Positions 34,572-44,686 of a DNA stretch of 64,000 bases are shown here, piece after piece. The notes beneath the pieces are model-generated. The model did no database searches. It worked only from the letters and a program-made list of their open reading frames with translations, and was not told where the DNA came from. The DNA comes from Frankiales bacterium. GTDB taxonomy: Bacteria > Actinomycetota > Actinomycetes > Mycobacteriales > SCTD01. The number at the start of each line of letters is the position of its first letter. The first letter of the stretch is position 1. The position numbers and the translations under genes were made by a program. The DNA is taken from the NCBI GenBank assembly GCA_025965475.1, contig JAOPWV010000147.1, positions 3,617-67,616 on the forward strand, read 5' to 3'.

Positions 34572-35783
34572 GTGACCACGCCCACCCGCGCACTCGCCCG
34601 GCTGCTCCGCCATGCCCAGACCACCGCGCCCGACGACGTGACGGCGACGCTCGTCGAGGGCGCGCGGCTCCTCGGGGGCAGCGACGTGGTCCTCTATCTC
34701 GTCGACTACGAGCAGGAGCGGCTGCAGCCGACCACCGACCGCCTCGACCACGGCGAGCCGGTGGCCGAGGCGTCCATCCGCGGGACGATGGCCGGCCGCT
34801 GCTTCAGCAGCCAGCGCCTGCTGGAGGCACCGGACGGCGACACCGTCCAGGTGTGGGTGCCGGTGAGCGAGCGGGCCGCCCGGCTGGGTGTCCTCGCGAT
34901 GACGGTCCCGCAGCTCGACGAGCAGGGCCGCGAGCTCTGCGAGGAGCTCGGGCTCCTCGCAGGACAGCTGGTGCTGACCGCCTCGGCGTACTGCGACCGC
35001 TTCCACCTCCAGCGCCGCCGGCGGGACCTGTCGCTGGCCGCCGAGATGCAGTGGAGCCTGCTGCCTCCGCTGACCTTCGCGTACGACGGGACGACGGTCG
35101 CCGGCCTGTTGGAGCCGGCGTACGAGGTGGGCGGTGACTCCTTCGACTACGCCTTGAACGGGCGGACGCTTCAGTTCGGCGTCTTCGACGCCATGGGCCA
35201 CGGGGTGCCCTCCAGCGTCACCTCAGGACTGACGGTGGGGGCGTACCGGCACGGCCGGCGCAGCGGCGGGGACCTGCCGGCGGTCCTGGCCGGCATGGAC
35301 GCCGCCGTCGAGGGCGTCCTCGCCGACACCTTCGCCACCGCGCTGATCGGCGAGCTCGACCTGACCGGCGGGGTCCTGACCTGGCTGTCCGCCGGTCACC
35401 CCCCGCCGCTCGTCATGCGGTCCGGGACGGTGCTGCCCGAGCTCGAGCAGGAGGCCGCGTTCCCGCTCGGGATGGGTCTGGACGACACGGTCGACGCGCT
35501 GCACCCGTCGTCGCTGCAGCTCGAGCCGGGCGACCGGGTGCTGCTCTACACGGACGGCGTCACCGAGGCGCGGTCCCAGGACGGCGAGGAGTTCGGCCCG
35601 GAGCGCCTGCACGACGTGTTCGTCCGGGAGAGCAGCTCCGGTCTGCTGCCGGCCGAGGTTCTCAGGCGCATGGTCCAGGCCTGCCTCGACTGGCAGGGCG
35701 GCCCGCTGCGCGACGACGCCACCCTCCTGCTCCTCGACTGGCAGCACCCGGCGCGGGTCGTCGGGCCGCAGCGCCTTCCCTGA
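34572..35783 (+). CDS. GAF-domain PP2C/SpoIIE-family serine phosphatase
   Basis: EVGGDSFDY, GVFDAMGHGVPSS, LLYTDGVTEA, DDATLLLLD (PP2C metal motifs). The N-terminal ~150 aa is GAF-like. GTG start with AGGGGAGA upstream. Confidence 0.85.
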   Translation: MTTPTRALARLLRHAQTTAPDDVTATLVEGARLLGGSDVVLYLVDYEQERLQPTTDRLDHGEPVAEASIRGTMAGRCFSSQRLLEAPDGDTVQVWVPVSERAARLGVLAMTVPQLDEQGRELCEELGLLAGQLVLTASAYCDRFHLQRRRRDLSLAAEMQWSLLPPLTFAYDGTTVAGLLEPAYEVGGDSFDYALNGRTLQFGVFDAMGHGVPSSVTSGLTVGAYRHGRRSGGDLPAVLAGMDAAVEGVLADTFATALIGELDLTGGVLTWLSAGHPPPLVMRSGTVLPELEQEAAFPLGMGLDDTVDALHPSSLQLEPGDRVLLYTDGVTEARSQDGEEFGPERLHDVFVRESSSGLLPAEVLRRMVQACLDWQGGPLRDDATLLLLDWQHPARVVGPQRLP

Positions 35784-35788
35784 GCCGG

Positions 35789-36283
35789 TCAGGTCCGACC
35801 GGCGAGCGCCCGGCCGGCCGACAGCCGCAGTTCCTCGAGGGCGTCCGCCTGGGCGGCCGCGCGGTCGATGAGCCGGTCGAGTTGCGCCGGGTCCAGCCGC
35901 GGGTCGTCCATCACGCGCAGCAGCCGCCAGCCCGCACCCTTGCCCTGCACGCCCAGGTACAGCGCCTCCAGCTCCACGACCGAACTCAGCGGCGAGCGGG
36001 ACAGCAGCCGCCCGTTGAGCTTGAGCCGGCCGACCTTCTCCATGGCCCAGCCCGCCGCGACCTTGTACTGCCGGACCGGGACGTCCAGCGTGCGCATGAT
36101 CCGGAGCAGCTGCTCGCGGTCCTCCTCGACCTCGGGGGTCAGCCGGTCCAGGACCTGCCCGGCCGGGGTGCCGCGATGGGAGGCGGCCGCCCGCCGGAAC
36201 AGCTCCAGCCCGGTGGTCGAGCCGGCCAGGTGGTCGTTGAGGTAGATGCCCAGCAGTCCAGGGTCCGCGCCGGGTTGGCTCAT
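35789..36283 (-). CDS. Conserved hypothetical protein
   Basis: 164 aa. ATG is preceded by GAGGAGG 4 nt upstream. Helical, YLNDHLAGSTTGLELF N-terminus. High GC3. Confidence 0.65.
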   Translation of the reverse strand: MSQPGADPGLLGIYLNDHLAGSTTGLELFRRAAASHRGTPAGQVLDRLTPEVEEDREQLLRIMRTLDVPVRQYKVAAGWAMEKVGRLKLNGRLLSRSPLSSVVELEALYLGVQGKGAGWRLLRVMDDPRLDPAQLDRLIDRAAAQADALEELRLSAGRALAGRT

Positions 36284-36393
36284 GGAACCTCCTCATGTCG
36301 CCGGTGTGCGGGCCGTCCTGCCCCGGACGGGCGGGCCCATGCGGCGGACGGCAGCTGCATCAGCCGATCACCGCTCCGTCCTACGGTGGGGCC

Positions 36394-38205
36394 ATGCCGT
36401 CGGTGCCCCCGCTGCCCCCGCTGCCCTCGCTGCTTCTCTCGCGTCCCGACCTGGAGTTCCTGCTGTACGAGTGGCTCGACGTCGAGGCGCTCACGAGGCG
36501 CCCGCGCCACGCGGACCACTCGCGGGAGACCTTCGACGCCGCCCTCGAGTTGAGCGAGCGGATCGCGACGGACCACTTCGCGCCGCACAACAAGAAGAGC
36601 GACGCGCAGGAGCCCACCTTCGACGGGCAGGACGTCCACCTGATCCCCGAGGTGAAGAAGGCGCTCGACGTGTTCGCCCGCAGTGGGCTGATCGCCGGAG
36701 CGATGGACGCAGAGATCGGCGGGATGCAGCTGCCGTCCGTCGTCGCCGGTGCGTGCTTCGCGTGGTTCCAGGCCGCGAACATCGGCACCTCGTCGTATCC
36801 GTTCCTGACCATCGGCAACGCCAACCTGCTCCGGCAGTACGGCACCCCGGACCTGGTCGAGACGTACGTCCGGCCGATGACCGAGGGCCGGTTCTTCGGC
36901 ACGATGTGCCTGTCCGAGCCGCAGGCCGGCTCGTCGCTCGCGGATGTCACCACCCGGGCCGAGCCGCAGCAGGACGGGACCTACCGGCTGTTCGGCAACA
37001 AGATGTGGATCTCCGCCGGCGAGCACGACCTGGCGGAGAACATCGTCCATCTGGTGCTCGCGAAGATCCCCGGTGGCCCGGCCGGCGTGAAGGGGATCTC
37101 GCTGTTCCTCGTGCCGAAGGTCGTGGTCGCCAGCGGCGAGCGCAACGACGTCGTGCTCGCCGGGCTCAACCACAAGATGGGCTACCGCGGCACCACCAAC
37201 ACGATGCTCAACTTCGGCGAGGGCGTGCACCGGCCGGGCGGCGCCCCCGGCGCCATCGGCTACCTCGTCGGCGAGCCCCACCAGGGGTTGTCCTACATGT
37301 TCCACATGATGAACGAGGCGCGCATCGGCGTCGGCTCCGGCGCCACGGCCCTCGGCTACACCGGCTACCTGCGCTCGCTCGCGTACGCCCGCACCCGCAC
37401 GCAGGGCCGGCCGGTCGGAGCCAAGGACCCGGCCGCCCCGCCGGTGCCGATCATCGAGCACGCCGACGTGAAGCGGATGCTGCTGGCGCAGAAGGCGTAC
37501 GTCGAGGGCGCTCTCGCCCTGAACCTGTACTGCGGCCGGCTGGTCGACGAGCAGAAGACCGGCAACACCCCCGAGGACCGGGAGCGCGCGGAGCTGCTGC
37601 TGGACGTGCTGACGCCGATCGCCAAGAGCTGGCCGTCGCAGTGGTGCCTGGAGGCGAACAGCCTGGCCATCCAGGTGCACGGCGGCTACGGCTACACCCG
37701 CGAGTACGACGTCGAGCAGCTGTACCGGGACAACCGGCTCAACGCGATCCACGAGGGCACCCACGGCATCCAGGGTCTGGACCTGCTCGGCCGCAAGGTC
37801 GTCATGCGCAGCGGCGCGGGACTCCTGCTGCTGCTCGAGACCCTCGGCGAGACGGTGTCGCGCAGCCGGCTGGGCGGCGACGAGCTGGCCGCCCTGGGGG
37901 CGCAGCTCCAGGCCGCGGCGGACCGGGTCGCGACGGTGACCGGACAGCTGTGGGGTTCCGGGGACGTGGAGACCGCGCTGGCCAACTCGTCGGTCTACCT
38001 CGAGGCCGTCGGGCACGTCGTGGTGGCCTGGATCTGGTTGGAGCAGCTGCTCGCGGCGGACGGCCGTACCGGCGACTTCTACGAGGGCAAGCGGCAGGCC
38101 GGGCGGTTCTTCTTCCGCTACGAGCTGCCCAGGACGGCACCCCAGTTCGATCTGCTGGCGAGCCTGGACCGGACCACCGTCGAGATGTCCGACAGCTGGT
38201 TCTGA
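36394..38205 (+). CDS. Large acyl-CoA dehydrogenase (with extra N- and C-terminal domains)
   Basis: TMCLSEPQAGSSLAD, WISAGEHD, GEPHQGLSYMFHMMNEARIGVG, QVHGGYGYTREY. ~603 aa from MPSVPPL. Confidence 0.85.
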   Translation: MPSVPPLPPLPSLLLSRPDLEFLLYEWLDVEALTRRPRHADHSRETFDAALELSERIATDHFAPHNKKSDAQEPTFDGQDVHLIPEVKKALDVFARSGLIAGAMDAEIGGMQLPSVVAGACFAWFQAANIGTSSYPFLTIGNANLLRQYGTPDLVETYVRPMTEGRFFGTMCLSEPQAGSSLADVTTRAEPQQDGTYRLFGNKMWISAGEHDLAENIVHLVLAKIPGGPAGVKGISLFLVPKVVVASGERNDVVLAGLNHKMGYRGTTNTMLNFGEGVHRPGGAPGAIGYLVGEPHQGLSYMFHMMNEARIGVGSGATALGYTGYLRSLAYARTRTQGRPVGAKDPAAPPVPIIEHADVKRMLLAQKAYVEGALALNLYCGRLVDEQKTGNTPEDRERAELLLDVLTPIAKSWPSQWCLEANSLAIQVHGGYGYTREYDVEQLYRDNRLNAIHEGTHGIQGLDLLGRKVVMRSGAGLLLLLETLGETVSRSRLGGDELAALGAQLQAAADRVATVTGQLWGSGDVETALANSSVYLEAVGHVVVAWIWLEQLLAADGRTGDFYEGKRQAGRFFFRYELPRTAPQFDLLASLDRTTVEMSDSWF

Positions 38206-38290
38206 ACCCCCCCGTCCGGCCCCCTGCCCGGGTCCGTGGCACCGTCCTGGGTACGGTCGAGATCACCCATCACCGGAACAGGGAGTACAT

Positions 38291-38689
38291 ATGGCGAAGA
38301 TCGACGACCCGGCAGTCCAGAACCTGCTCACCCAGCCCAACCACGGGATCGTGTCGACCTTCGACGACGACGGCTCGATCCGCAGTGGTGTCGTCTGGGT
38401 CGACCTCGTGGACGGCAAGCTCGCGCTCAACAGCGCCGAGGGGCGCACCTGGCCGACGAACCTGCAGCGTGACCCGCGCGTCACGGTGCTGGTCTACGAC
38501 CAGAACAACCCGTACGAGTACGTCGAGGTGCGCGGCACGGCCACGTCCAGCACGGCCGACGCCGACGGCCACATCGACCGGCTCGCGAAGAAGTACCTGG
38601 GCAAGGACAGCTACCCGTTCCGCCAGGAGGGCGAGCAGCGCGTCAGCTTCTTCGTCGACCCGAAGACCGTGAAGTACCAGAAGCAGTAG
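38291..38689 (+). CDS. PPOX-class (pyridoxamine 5'-phosphate oxidase-like) probable F420-dependent oxidoreductase
   Basis: 132 aa split-barrel pattern: LTQPNHGIVSTFDDDGS, RDPRVTVLVYD, YVEVRGTA, KYLGKDSYP. Confidence 0.7.
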   Translation: MAKIDDPAVQNLLTQPNHGIVSTFDDDGSIRSGVVWVDLVDGKLALNSAEGRTWPTNLQRDPRVTVLVYDQNNPYEYVEVRGTATSSTADADGHIDRLAKKYLGKDSYPFRQEGEQRVSFFVDPKTVKYQKQ

Positions 38690-38706
38690 GCACCAGGCAC
38701 ATCGGC

Positions 38707-38746
38707 GGGCCCCGACCTCCGGTCGACGACCGGAGCACGGGGCCCG
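38707..38746. terminator. Bidirectional nested hairpin between convergent genes
   Basis: GGGCCCCG-a-CCTCCGGTCG-acg-ACCGGAG-ca-CGGGGCCC, between the stops at 38689 (+) and 38762 (-). Confidence 0.55.
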
Positions 38747-38761
38747 TCCTCGTGCCGCCGG

Positions 38762-39934
38762 CTACGGCTTGAGGACGACCTTCACGCAGTCGTCCCTCTT
38801 GTGCTTGAAGGTCTCGTAGCCCTTCGGGGTGTCGTCCAGCCGCATCCGGTGGGTGACGACGAAGCTCGGGTCGATGTTGCCGCGTTCGACCTGGGCGAGC
38901 AGCGGCCGCATGTACCGCTGCACGTGGCACTGACCGGTCTTCATCGTGATCGACCTGTTCATCCAGGAGCCGGCCGGGAACTTGTCGACGAACCCGCCGT
39001 ACACCCCGATGACGGAGACGATGCCGCCGCTCCGGCAGGCCAGGACGGCCTCCCGGAGGGCATGGGGCCGGTCGGTCTCGAGCCGGAAGGCCTGCTTGAC
39101 GCGGTCGTAGGCGTTCAGCGGCTTCACCCGGTGCTTCGCCTCCATGCCCACCGCGTCGATGCATGCGTCGGGTCCGCGTCCCGCGGTCATCTCCTTCAGC
39201 GTCTCGATGACGCTGGTCTCCTGGAAGTTGATCGTCTCGGCACCGGCCTTCTCCCGGGCCATGCGCAGCCGGTACTCGTACTGGTCGATCGCGATCACCC
39301 GTTCGGCGCCCATCAGGTACGCGCTGGCGATGGCGAACTGACCTACCGGACCCGCACCCCAGACCGCGATGACGTCGCCGGGCTTGATCTCACAGAGTTC
39401 CGCGCCCATCCAACCGGTCGGCAAGATGTCGGACAGGAAGAGCACCTTCTCGTCCGGCAGGTCCGACTCGATCTTGAGCGGCCCGACGTCGGCGAACGGC
39501 ACCCGGGCGTACTGCGCCTGCCCGCCGGCGAAGCCGCCGGTCAGATGCGAGTAGCCGTAGATGCCGGCCGTCGCGTGACCCCACATCTTCTCGGCCATAC
39601 CGGCGTTCGGGTTGCTGTTCTCGCAGGCCGAGTACATGCCGGCCTCGCACTGCAGGCACGCGCCGCAGGCGATGGGGAACGGCACGACGACCCGGTCGCC
39701 GAGCTGGAGGTTGTCCACCCCGGGCCCGACCTCCACGACCTCGCCCATGAACTCGTGGCCGAGGATGTCGCCGCGCTCCATGGTCGGGACGTAACCGTCG
39801 TACAGGTGCAGGTCCGAGCCACAGATGGCGCTCGACGTGATCCGCACGATGGCGTCCCGGCGGTTCAGGATCTTGGGGTCGGGGACGTCCTGGACCTCCA
39901 CCCGGTTGCGCCCCATCCAACAGTTCGCTCGCAT
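38762..39934 (-). CDS. Zinc-dependent alcohol/formaldehyde dehydrogenase family protein
   Basis: [36 protein letters not shown] (structural Zn), [11 protein letters not shown] (Rossmann). ATG 39934 is preceded by GAAGGAGA. Confidence 0.88.
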   Translation of the reverse strand: MRANCWMGRNRVEVQDVPDPKILNRRDAIVRITSSAICGSDLHLYDGYVPTMERGDILGHEFMGEVVEVGPGVDNLQLGDRVVVPFPIACGACLQCEAGMYSACENSNPNAGMAEKMWGHATAGIYGYSHLTGGFAGGQAQYARVPFADVGPLKIESDLPDEKVLFLSDILPTGWMGAELCEIKPGDVIAVWGAGPVGQFAIASAYLMGAERVIAIDQYEYRLRMAREKAGAETINFQETSVIETLKEMTAGRGPDACIDAVGMEAKHRVKPLNAYDRVKQAFRLETDRPHALREAVLACRSGGIVSVIGVYGGFVDKFPAGSWMNRSITMKTGQCHVQRYMRPLLAQVERGNIDPSFVVTHRMRLDDTPKGYETFKHKRDDCVKVVLKP

Positions 39935-39959
39935 GGCTCTCCTTCTCAGGTCACGGCCG

Positions 39960-40967
39960 CTAGACGCGGGAGGGCAGGGGCTGGGCCTCGCGCTGGTGCA
40001 TCTGCCAGCGGGCGCTGTGACCGGCCGGGCTGCCGTCTGAGCGGAGCACCTCGCCGGTCTCCATGACCTGCTTGAAGCGCCGCAGGTCGTCCCCCACCTG
40101 CTGCTCGGGCTGCTCACCGAACAGCTTCGCGACGGCGGCGCCGAGCTTGCCGCCGGGGATGACGTAGGTGAGCTGGACCCGGACCTCGGTGCCGCGCCCG
40201 CCGGGCGCCGGCGTGAACCGGACCGAGCCGGCGTTGACGACGCCGGAGCCCGGCATCGAATGCCACGAGATGTACTCGCCGGGGCGGTCGTCGACGATCT
40301 CGGCATCCCATTCGACGCTGCGACCGAGCGGCCCGGCGGCCCGCCAGTGCGAACGCCGGTCGCCCGTGATGGACACCGACTCGAGGTGGTACATGAACGT
40401 CGGCAGGTTCTCGAAGCGGTGCCAGAACCGGTAGACCTCCTCGCGCGGCCGGTTCACCGTCACCGCGCCGGTCAGGTGCAGGCCGCCGGCCCCCATCCCC
40501 TCGTCCTGCGCCATGCTGTTGCCCACCGCGGAGATGAGGTCGAGCACCGTGACCCCGGCGACGGCCGCGGTGGCCGTGGCGGTCCTGGCCCGCCGCCGGC
40601 CGCGGTTCCCCTGCAGCGCGCGGCCGAGGGTGGCGAGGTCCATCACGTCGCCGGCCACCCGCGTCCACGACCAGAACCCGAGCCGGTTGGTGCCGAGCAG
40701 GCCGCCGGCGTGGATCACCTCACGGACGCCCACCCCGCGGATCAGTGCCCGGCTCGAGGGCTCGTCGTCCACACCGGCCTTGCGGGCCAACTCGTCCGGC
40801 GAAAGCAGCTGGCTCAGCCCGAGGCCCAGGCTGAACACACCGAGGCCACGCGCCAGCCCGCGCAGCGGCGAGGCGTTCACATTCCGGCCGCGGAAGGACC
40901 GCCCGCCTGGCGGCGGGGACACGCGGTGGCCGGACGGGGCCGTGGACGGGGAAAGGACGCTGGTCAC
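39960..40967 (-). CDS. SRPBCC (cyclase/dehydrase, START-like) domain protein with N-terminal membrane region
   Basis: [28 protein letters not shown]...[28 protein letters not shown] is the typical polyketide_cyc2 pattern. 25 nt upstream of the Zn-ADH on the same strand. Confidence 0.75.
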   Translation of the reverse strand: MTSVLSPSTAPSGHRVSPPPGGRSFRGRNVNASPLRGLARGLGVFSLGLGLSQLLSPDELARKAGVDDEPSSRALIRGVGVREVIHAGGLLGTNRLGFWSWTRVAGDVMDLATLGRALQGNRGRRRARTATATAAVAGVTVLDLISAVGNSMAQDEGMGAGGLHLTGAVTVNRPREEVYRFWHRFENLPTFMYHLESVSITGDRRSHWRAAGPLGRSVEWDAEIVDDRPGEYISWHSMPGSGVVNAGSVRFTPAPGGRGTEVRVQLTYVIPGGKLGAAVAKLFGEQPEQQVGDDLRRFKQVMETGEVLRSDGSPAGHSARWQMHQREAQPLPSRV

Positions 40968-41177
40968 AGGTTGCTCCCGGGCGCGATCGAGCCGGGACGG
41001 CGGCCCAGGTCCGAGCCGCCGCCGGGTGCGCGCAGCGGCGGCCGGTCGGCCGGGGGGCTGCGTCTGTCGGCACTCTCACCGTGCTGGGATGACGCAAACA
41101 ACCGACACCGCGCCATGCGGCAGGCGATGCCGGAAGCACCGACTTACCGGTACGGCAGCCTCACGGGGACGGGTGGC

Positions 41178-41591
41178 TCAGCCGCCCGCGCCGAGCAGGA
41201 TCGCGCCCACGATGGCCAGGCCGATACCGACGCCCTGCACCACGGTCAGCCGCTCGCTGAGCAGGACGACGGACAGCAGCGCGACGAACACCGGATAGAT
41301 GCCGGCCAGGGGCACGACCACGCTGGCGCTGCCCCGCTCCAGCGCCAGGTAGAACGTGATGAGGCCCGCGCCGCCACACATCCCGCTGATGACGGACAGC
41401 CAGATCCCCCGCGGCGCCCACGACCCGGGCCGGTCCCCGACCTTCAGGGCCACGAAGGCCATGGCGAAGGTGACCACGCCGTAGATGACGGCGGTCTGCA
41501 CGGGCGTGGCGGTCCTCAGCGCGATCTTGCCGAGGAAGCTCCACAGGACCCACAGGACGAGGGTCGCGCCCGCATAGAACAGATAACCCAC
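41178..41591 (-). CDS. Small EamA/DMT-type transporter (single EamA domain)
   Basis: 4-5 TM segments, SVVLLSERLT..GIGLAIVGAILL C-terminus. GTG 41591 chosen; GTG 41657 is the alternative. Confidence 0.65.
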   Translation of the reverse strand: MGYLFYAGATLVLWVLWSFLGKIALRTATPVQTAVIYGVVTFAMAFVALKVGDRPGSWAPRGIWLSVISGMCGGAGLITFYLALERGSASVVVPLAGIYPVFVALLSVVLLSERLTVVQGVGIGLAIVGAILLGAGG

Positions 41592-41676
41592 GGAAGAAGC
41601 CGTCCCTTGCGCCGAAGTGTGTGCACCTTGTGCAGGAGACGTTAGGGCATACCGCACCGACCGGGCGGCCGGGTCC

Positions 41677-42363
41677 TCAGCCCGCGGCGGTGCCGGCCTG
41701 CAGGAGAGCCTTGGCCAGCAGCCCGGACTGGTAGCCCAGCAGGGTCTGACCGGCGGGCGGGCGGCCGTACCCGCTGATGAGGACGATGATCCGGCCGCTC
41801 ACCCCCAGGGTGCGGACGTCGCCACTGACGACGTCCGGGGTCACGAGGCGGTAATGCACCGCGCGCGCCGGGGCCGGAACGGGCACGGCGGCCAGGTCGG
41901 CGACCCGCACCCGCGTGCCGCCGGCGTCGTACGACGGGCAGCGGGTGGGGTTCGCCGCCTGCACGGCGTAGACGGCGTCCGCGTCCGCCGCGGTGGAGTA
42001 GACGCCGACGCTCTCGAACACGGTCGCCTGCCCCGGCGTGGTGCCCTTGGCGTAGAGGTTGGCCGACTGGTGGGGCAGCCGGGGCCCGGCAGAGGCACAC
42101 AGCCCCAGCTGCGGGGGCTGCTCGGTCGTGACCGTCGCGTCGACGTGCGGCCGCTGCTCCGGCAGGCCCGGCAGGTCGGCAGCCTGCAGCAGCGCGGTCC
42201 GCAGCCGGGCAGCAGGCAGCGCCCCCGTCATCGACATCGAGGCCGCTGCGGTGGGCGCAGCCGGACCGTCGACCGCCGGTTCGTGGGCCGGGCTGCTACA
42301 GGCGGTGATGGCGCCCAGGCAGCCCAGCACGGTCAGGACAGTCGTTGCTCGTCGGCGGCGCAC
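41677..42363 (-). CDS. Lipoprotein with PknH-like extracellular sensor-type domain
   Basis: Signal plus lipobox MRRRRATTVLTVLGCLGAITAC, followed by LLQAADLPG and paired Cys (LGLCAS..PTRCPSYD), as in actinobacterial sensor-domain lipoproteins. Confidence 0.65.
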   Translation of the reverse strand: MRRRRATTVLTVLGCLGAITACSSPAHEPAVDGPAAPTAAASMSMTGALPAARLRTALLQAADLPGLPEQRPHVDATVTTEQPPQLGLCASAGPRLPHQSANLYAKGTTPGQATVFESVGVYSTAADADAVYAVQAANPTRCPSYDAGGTRVRVADLAAVPVPAPARAVHYRLVTPDVVSGDVRTLGVSGRIIVLISGYGRPPAGQTLLGYQSGLLAKALLQAGTAAG

Positions 42364-42409
42364 CCGCCCATTGTCCGGGTCGTCCCGGTCCGGGCAGCTG
42401 CGGGTCAGG

Positions 42410-43102
42410 TCAGGAGGTGCGCTCGGCCTCCGGACCCGCGGCCGTCAGCTGCTCGAGGCTGCCGACGCCGACCGGGCAGGTGATGCCCGTTCCGCCGATG
42501 CCGCAGTACCCGTTCGGGACCTTCTGGAGGTACTGCTGGTGGTACTCCTCGGCCGGGTAGAACTCCCCGGCCGGCACGATCTCCGTCGTCACGGCGCCGA
42601 GACCGGCGGCCGCCAGCGCGCCGGCGTACGCCTCACGGGAGGCCTTGGCCTGGGCGAGCTGCGCGTCACTGGTCGTGTAGATCGCCGACCGGTACTGCGT
42701 GCCGACGTCGTTGCCCTGCCGCATGCCCTGCGACGGGTCGTGGCCCTCCCAGAACGTGCGCAGCAGGTCCGCGTACGACAGCTGCGCGGGGTCGAACACC
42801 ACCCGGACGACCTCGGCGTGCCCGGTCATCCCGGAGCAGACCTCCTCGTACGTCGGGTTCGGCGTGATGCCGCCCGCGTAGCCGACCGACGTGCTGAAGA
42901 CGCCCGGCAGCCGCCAGAAGATGCGCTCGGCACCCCAGAAGCAGCCCATCCCGAAGACGGCGACCTCCAGGCCGGCGGGGTACGGCGGGTCGAGCGGAGC
43001 GTCCAGCACCGCGTGCCGGGCCGGCACGGGGATCCGGGCCTCACGACCGGGCAGCGCGTCGGTGGCGGTGGGAAGCTCGATCTTCTTGCGGGCGGACCAC
43101 AT
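42410..43102 (-). CDS. msrA: Peptide-methionine (S)-S-oxide reductase
   Basis: [65 protein letters not shown]. Confidence 0.92.
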   Translation of the reverse strand: MWSARKKIELPTATDALPGREARIPVPARHAVLDAPLDPPYPAGLEVAVFGMGCFWGAERIFWRLPGVFSTSVGYAGGITPNPTYEEVCSGMTGHAEVVRVVFDPAQLSYADLLRTFWEGHDPSQGMRQGNDVGTQYRSAIYTTSDAQLAQAKASREAYAGALAAAGLGAVTTEIVPAGEFYPAEEYHQQYLQKVPNGYCGIGGTGITCPVGVGSLEQLTAAGPEAERTS

Positions 43103-43151
43103 GGTGCGGCTCCTGGGTCGGCGTCATCGGGTCAGGGGATGCATCAGGTGG

Positions 43152-43178
43152 AACCCCGGGAGGCGGGCCCACGTTCCC
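43152..43178 (-). promoter_or_regulatory. SigR/SigH-type promoter upstream of msrA
   Basis: Minus strand reads GGGAAC-N18-GTT, 50-75 nt upstream of the msrA ATG. Confidence 0.6.
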
Positions 43179-43194
43179 GGGTGCCGCTGCCGGT

Positions 43195-44673
43195 TCAGTG
43201 CAGCCAGTCGGCCAGTTTCCCGCCCCGGGACACCGCGCGCAGGCGCGCCTCCGCCGCCGCGCGCACCTCCGGTGTCGAGACCACCAGCAGCTGGTCGCCG
43301 GCCTCGAGCCTGGTGTACCGGTCGGGGACGAGGCTGCGCGGACCGCGGACGACCAGGGTCAGATGTGCACCCGGGGGCAGGCGGAGCTCGTCGACGTACA
43401 CGCCGATCAGGTGCGACCGCGGCGGCACGGACATCCCCAGCACGTCGGCGTGTGCCTCCTCCAGCGGGGCCGCCTCGACCTCGAGGTCGGTCGCGTGCAC
43501 GGCCTCGACGAGCCCGAGCCGCCGGCCGAGCAACGGCAGGGTCGGTGCCTGGAGCAGGGTGTAGACCACGACCAGCACCAGGACGACGTCCAGGATCCGC
43601 GTCCCCTCGGGGATGCCCTGGGTCACCGGGATGATCGCGAGCACGATCGGTACGGCTCCCCGCAGTCCCGCCCAGGACACGAAGGCCTGCTCGCGCCACG
43701 GCAGCCGGAACGGCAGCGCCGACAGCGACACGGCGAGCGGCCGGGCCAGGAGGGTCGCGACGGCGCCGACCAGCAGCGCGGTGGGCAGCGCCTCCGGCAG
43801 GCGGCTGGGCGAGGACAGCAGCCCGAGCATGAGGAACAGCCCCGCCTCGGCGAGCAGCGCCAGCGAGCCGGCGAAGCCGAGCACGGCCCGCCGGTGCGGG
43901 AGGCGGGCGCTGCCGAGCACCATCCCGGCGAGGTAGACCGCGAGGAAACCGCTGGCGTGCAGGGCGTTGGTGGCCGTGAAGGCGAGCAGGGTCAGTCCGA
44001 CCGTCGCCACCGGGTACAGACCGGCGGACGGCAGGGCGGCCCGCGCCAGCAGGAAGCGGCCGGCGAAACCGATGAGGACGCCGAGCGCGGCCCCCGCGGC
44101 CAGCTCGTACGCCGCGAGCCCGACGATGGCCAGCGGCGCCGTCTCCCCCCAGGCGGCCGACGAGGCCAGTGTCACGAGCACGACGACCGGCGCGTCGTTG
44201 AGCCCGGACTCCGCCTCGAGCACGCTGCGTACCCGGCCCTTGAGGGGCAGCCGCCGCAGCACCGAGAAGACCGCCGCCGCGTCGGTGGACGACACGACGC
44301 CGCCCAGCAGGATGGCGGTCCGCGTGTCGATGCCCAGCAGCAGGTGCGCGGCCGTGGCGATGACGGCGACGCTCACCACGACCCCGACCGTCGAGAGCAC
44401 GACCGCGAACGGCAGCACGGGCCGGACCTCGGACCAGCGCGTCGTGAGGCCGCCCTCGGCCAGGATCACCGCGAGCGCGAACAGCCCCAGGTCGGCGCCG
44501 AGCTGGTAGTCGGAGAAGCGGATCCCGAGACCCGCCTCGCCCACCGCCATGCCGAGCGCCAGGTAGATGAGCAGTACCGGCAGCTTGGTGCGGCTCGCCA
44601 CCCGCACCGCCAGGACCGCCACCAGCAGGAGCACGCACGAGCCGAGGACGACGAGATTCAGGTGCTCGTCCAT
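43195..44673 (-). CDS. K+/H+ antiporter (CPA1, NhaP2/CvrA-like) with C-terminal TrkA-C/RCK_C domain
   Basis: ILAEGGLTT, SSTDAAAVFSVLR, ESGLNDAPVVVL, and a C-terminal LTLVVRGPRSLVPDRYTRLEAGDQLLVV. ATG 44673 is preceded by GGGGGAGG. Confidence 0.85.
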   Translation of the reverse strand: MDEHLNLVVLGSCVLLLVAVLAVRVASRTKLPVLLIYLALGMAVGEAGLGIRFSDYQLGADLGLFALAVILAEGGLTTRWSEVRPVLPFAVVLSTVGVVVSVAVIATAAHLLLGIDTRTAILLGGVVSSTDAAAVFSVLRRLPLKGRVRSVLEAESGLNDAPVVVLVTLASSAAWGETAPLAIVGLAAYELAAGAALGVLIGFAGRFLLARAALPSAGLYPVATVGLTLLAFTATNALHASGFLAVYLAGMVLGSARLPHRRAVLGFAGSLALLAEAGLFLMLGLLSSPSRLPEALPTALLVGAVATLLARPLAVSLSALPFRLPWREQAFVSWAGLRGAVPIVLAIIPVTQGIPEGTRILDVVLVLVVVYTLLQAPTLPLLGRRLGLVEAVHATDLEVEAAPLEEAHADVLGMSVPPRSHLIGVYVDELRLPPGAHLTLVVRGPRSLVPDRYTRLEAGDQLLVVSTPEVRAAAEARLRAVSRGGKLADWLH

Positions 44674-44686
44674 GCCCGCCTCCCCC

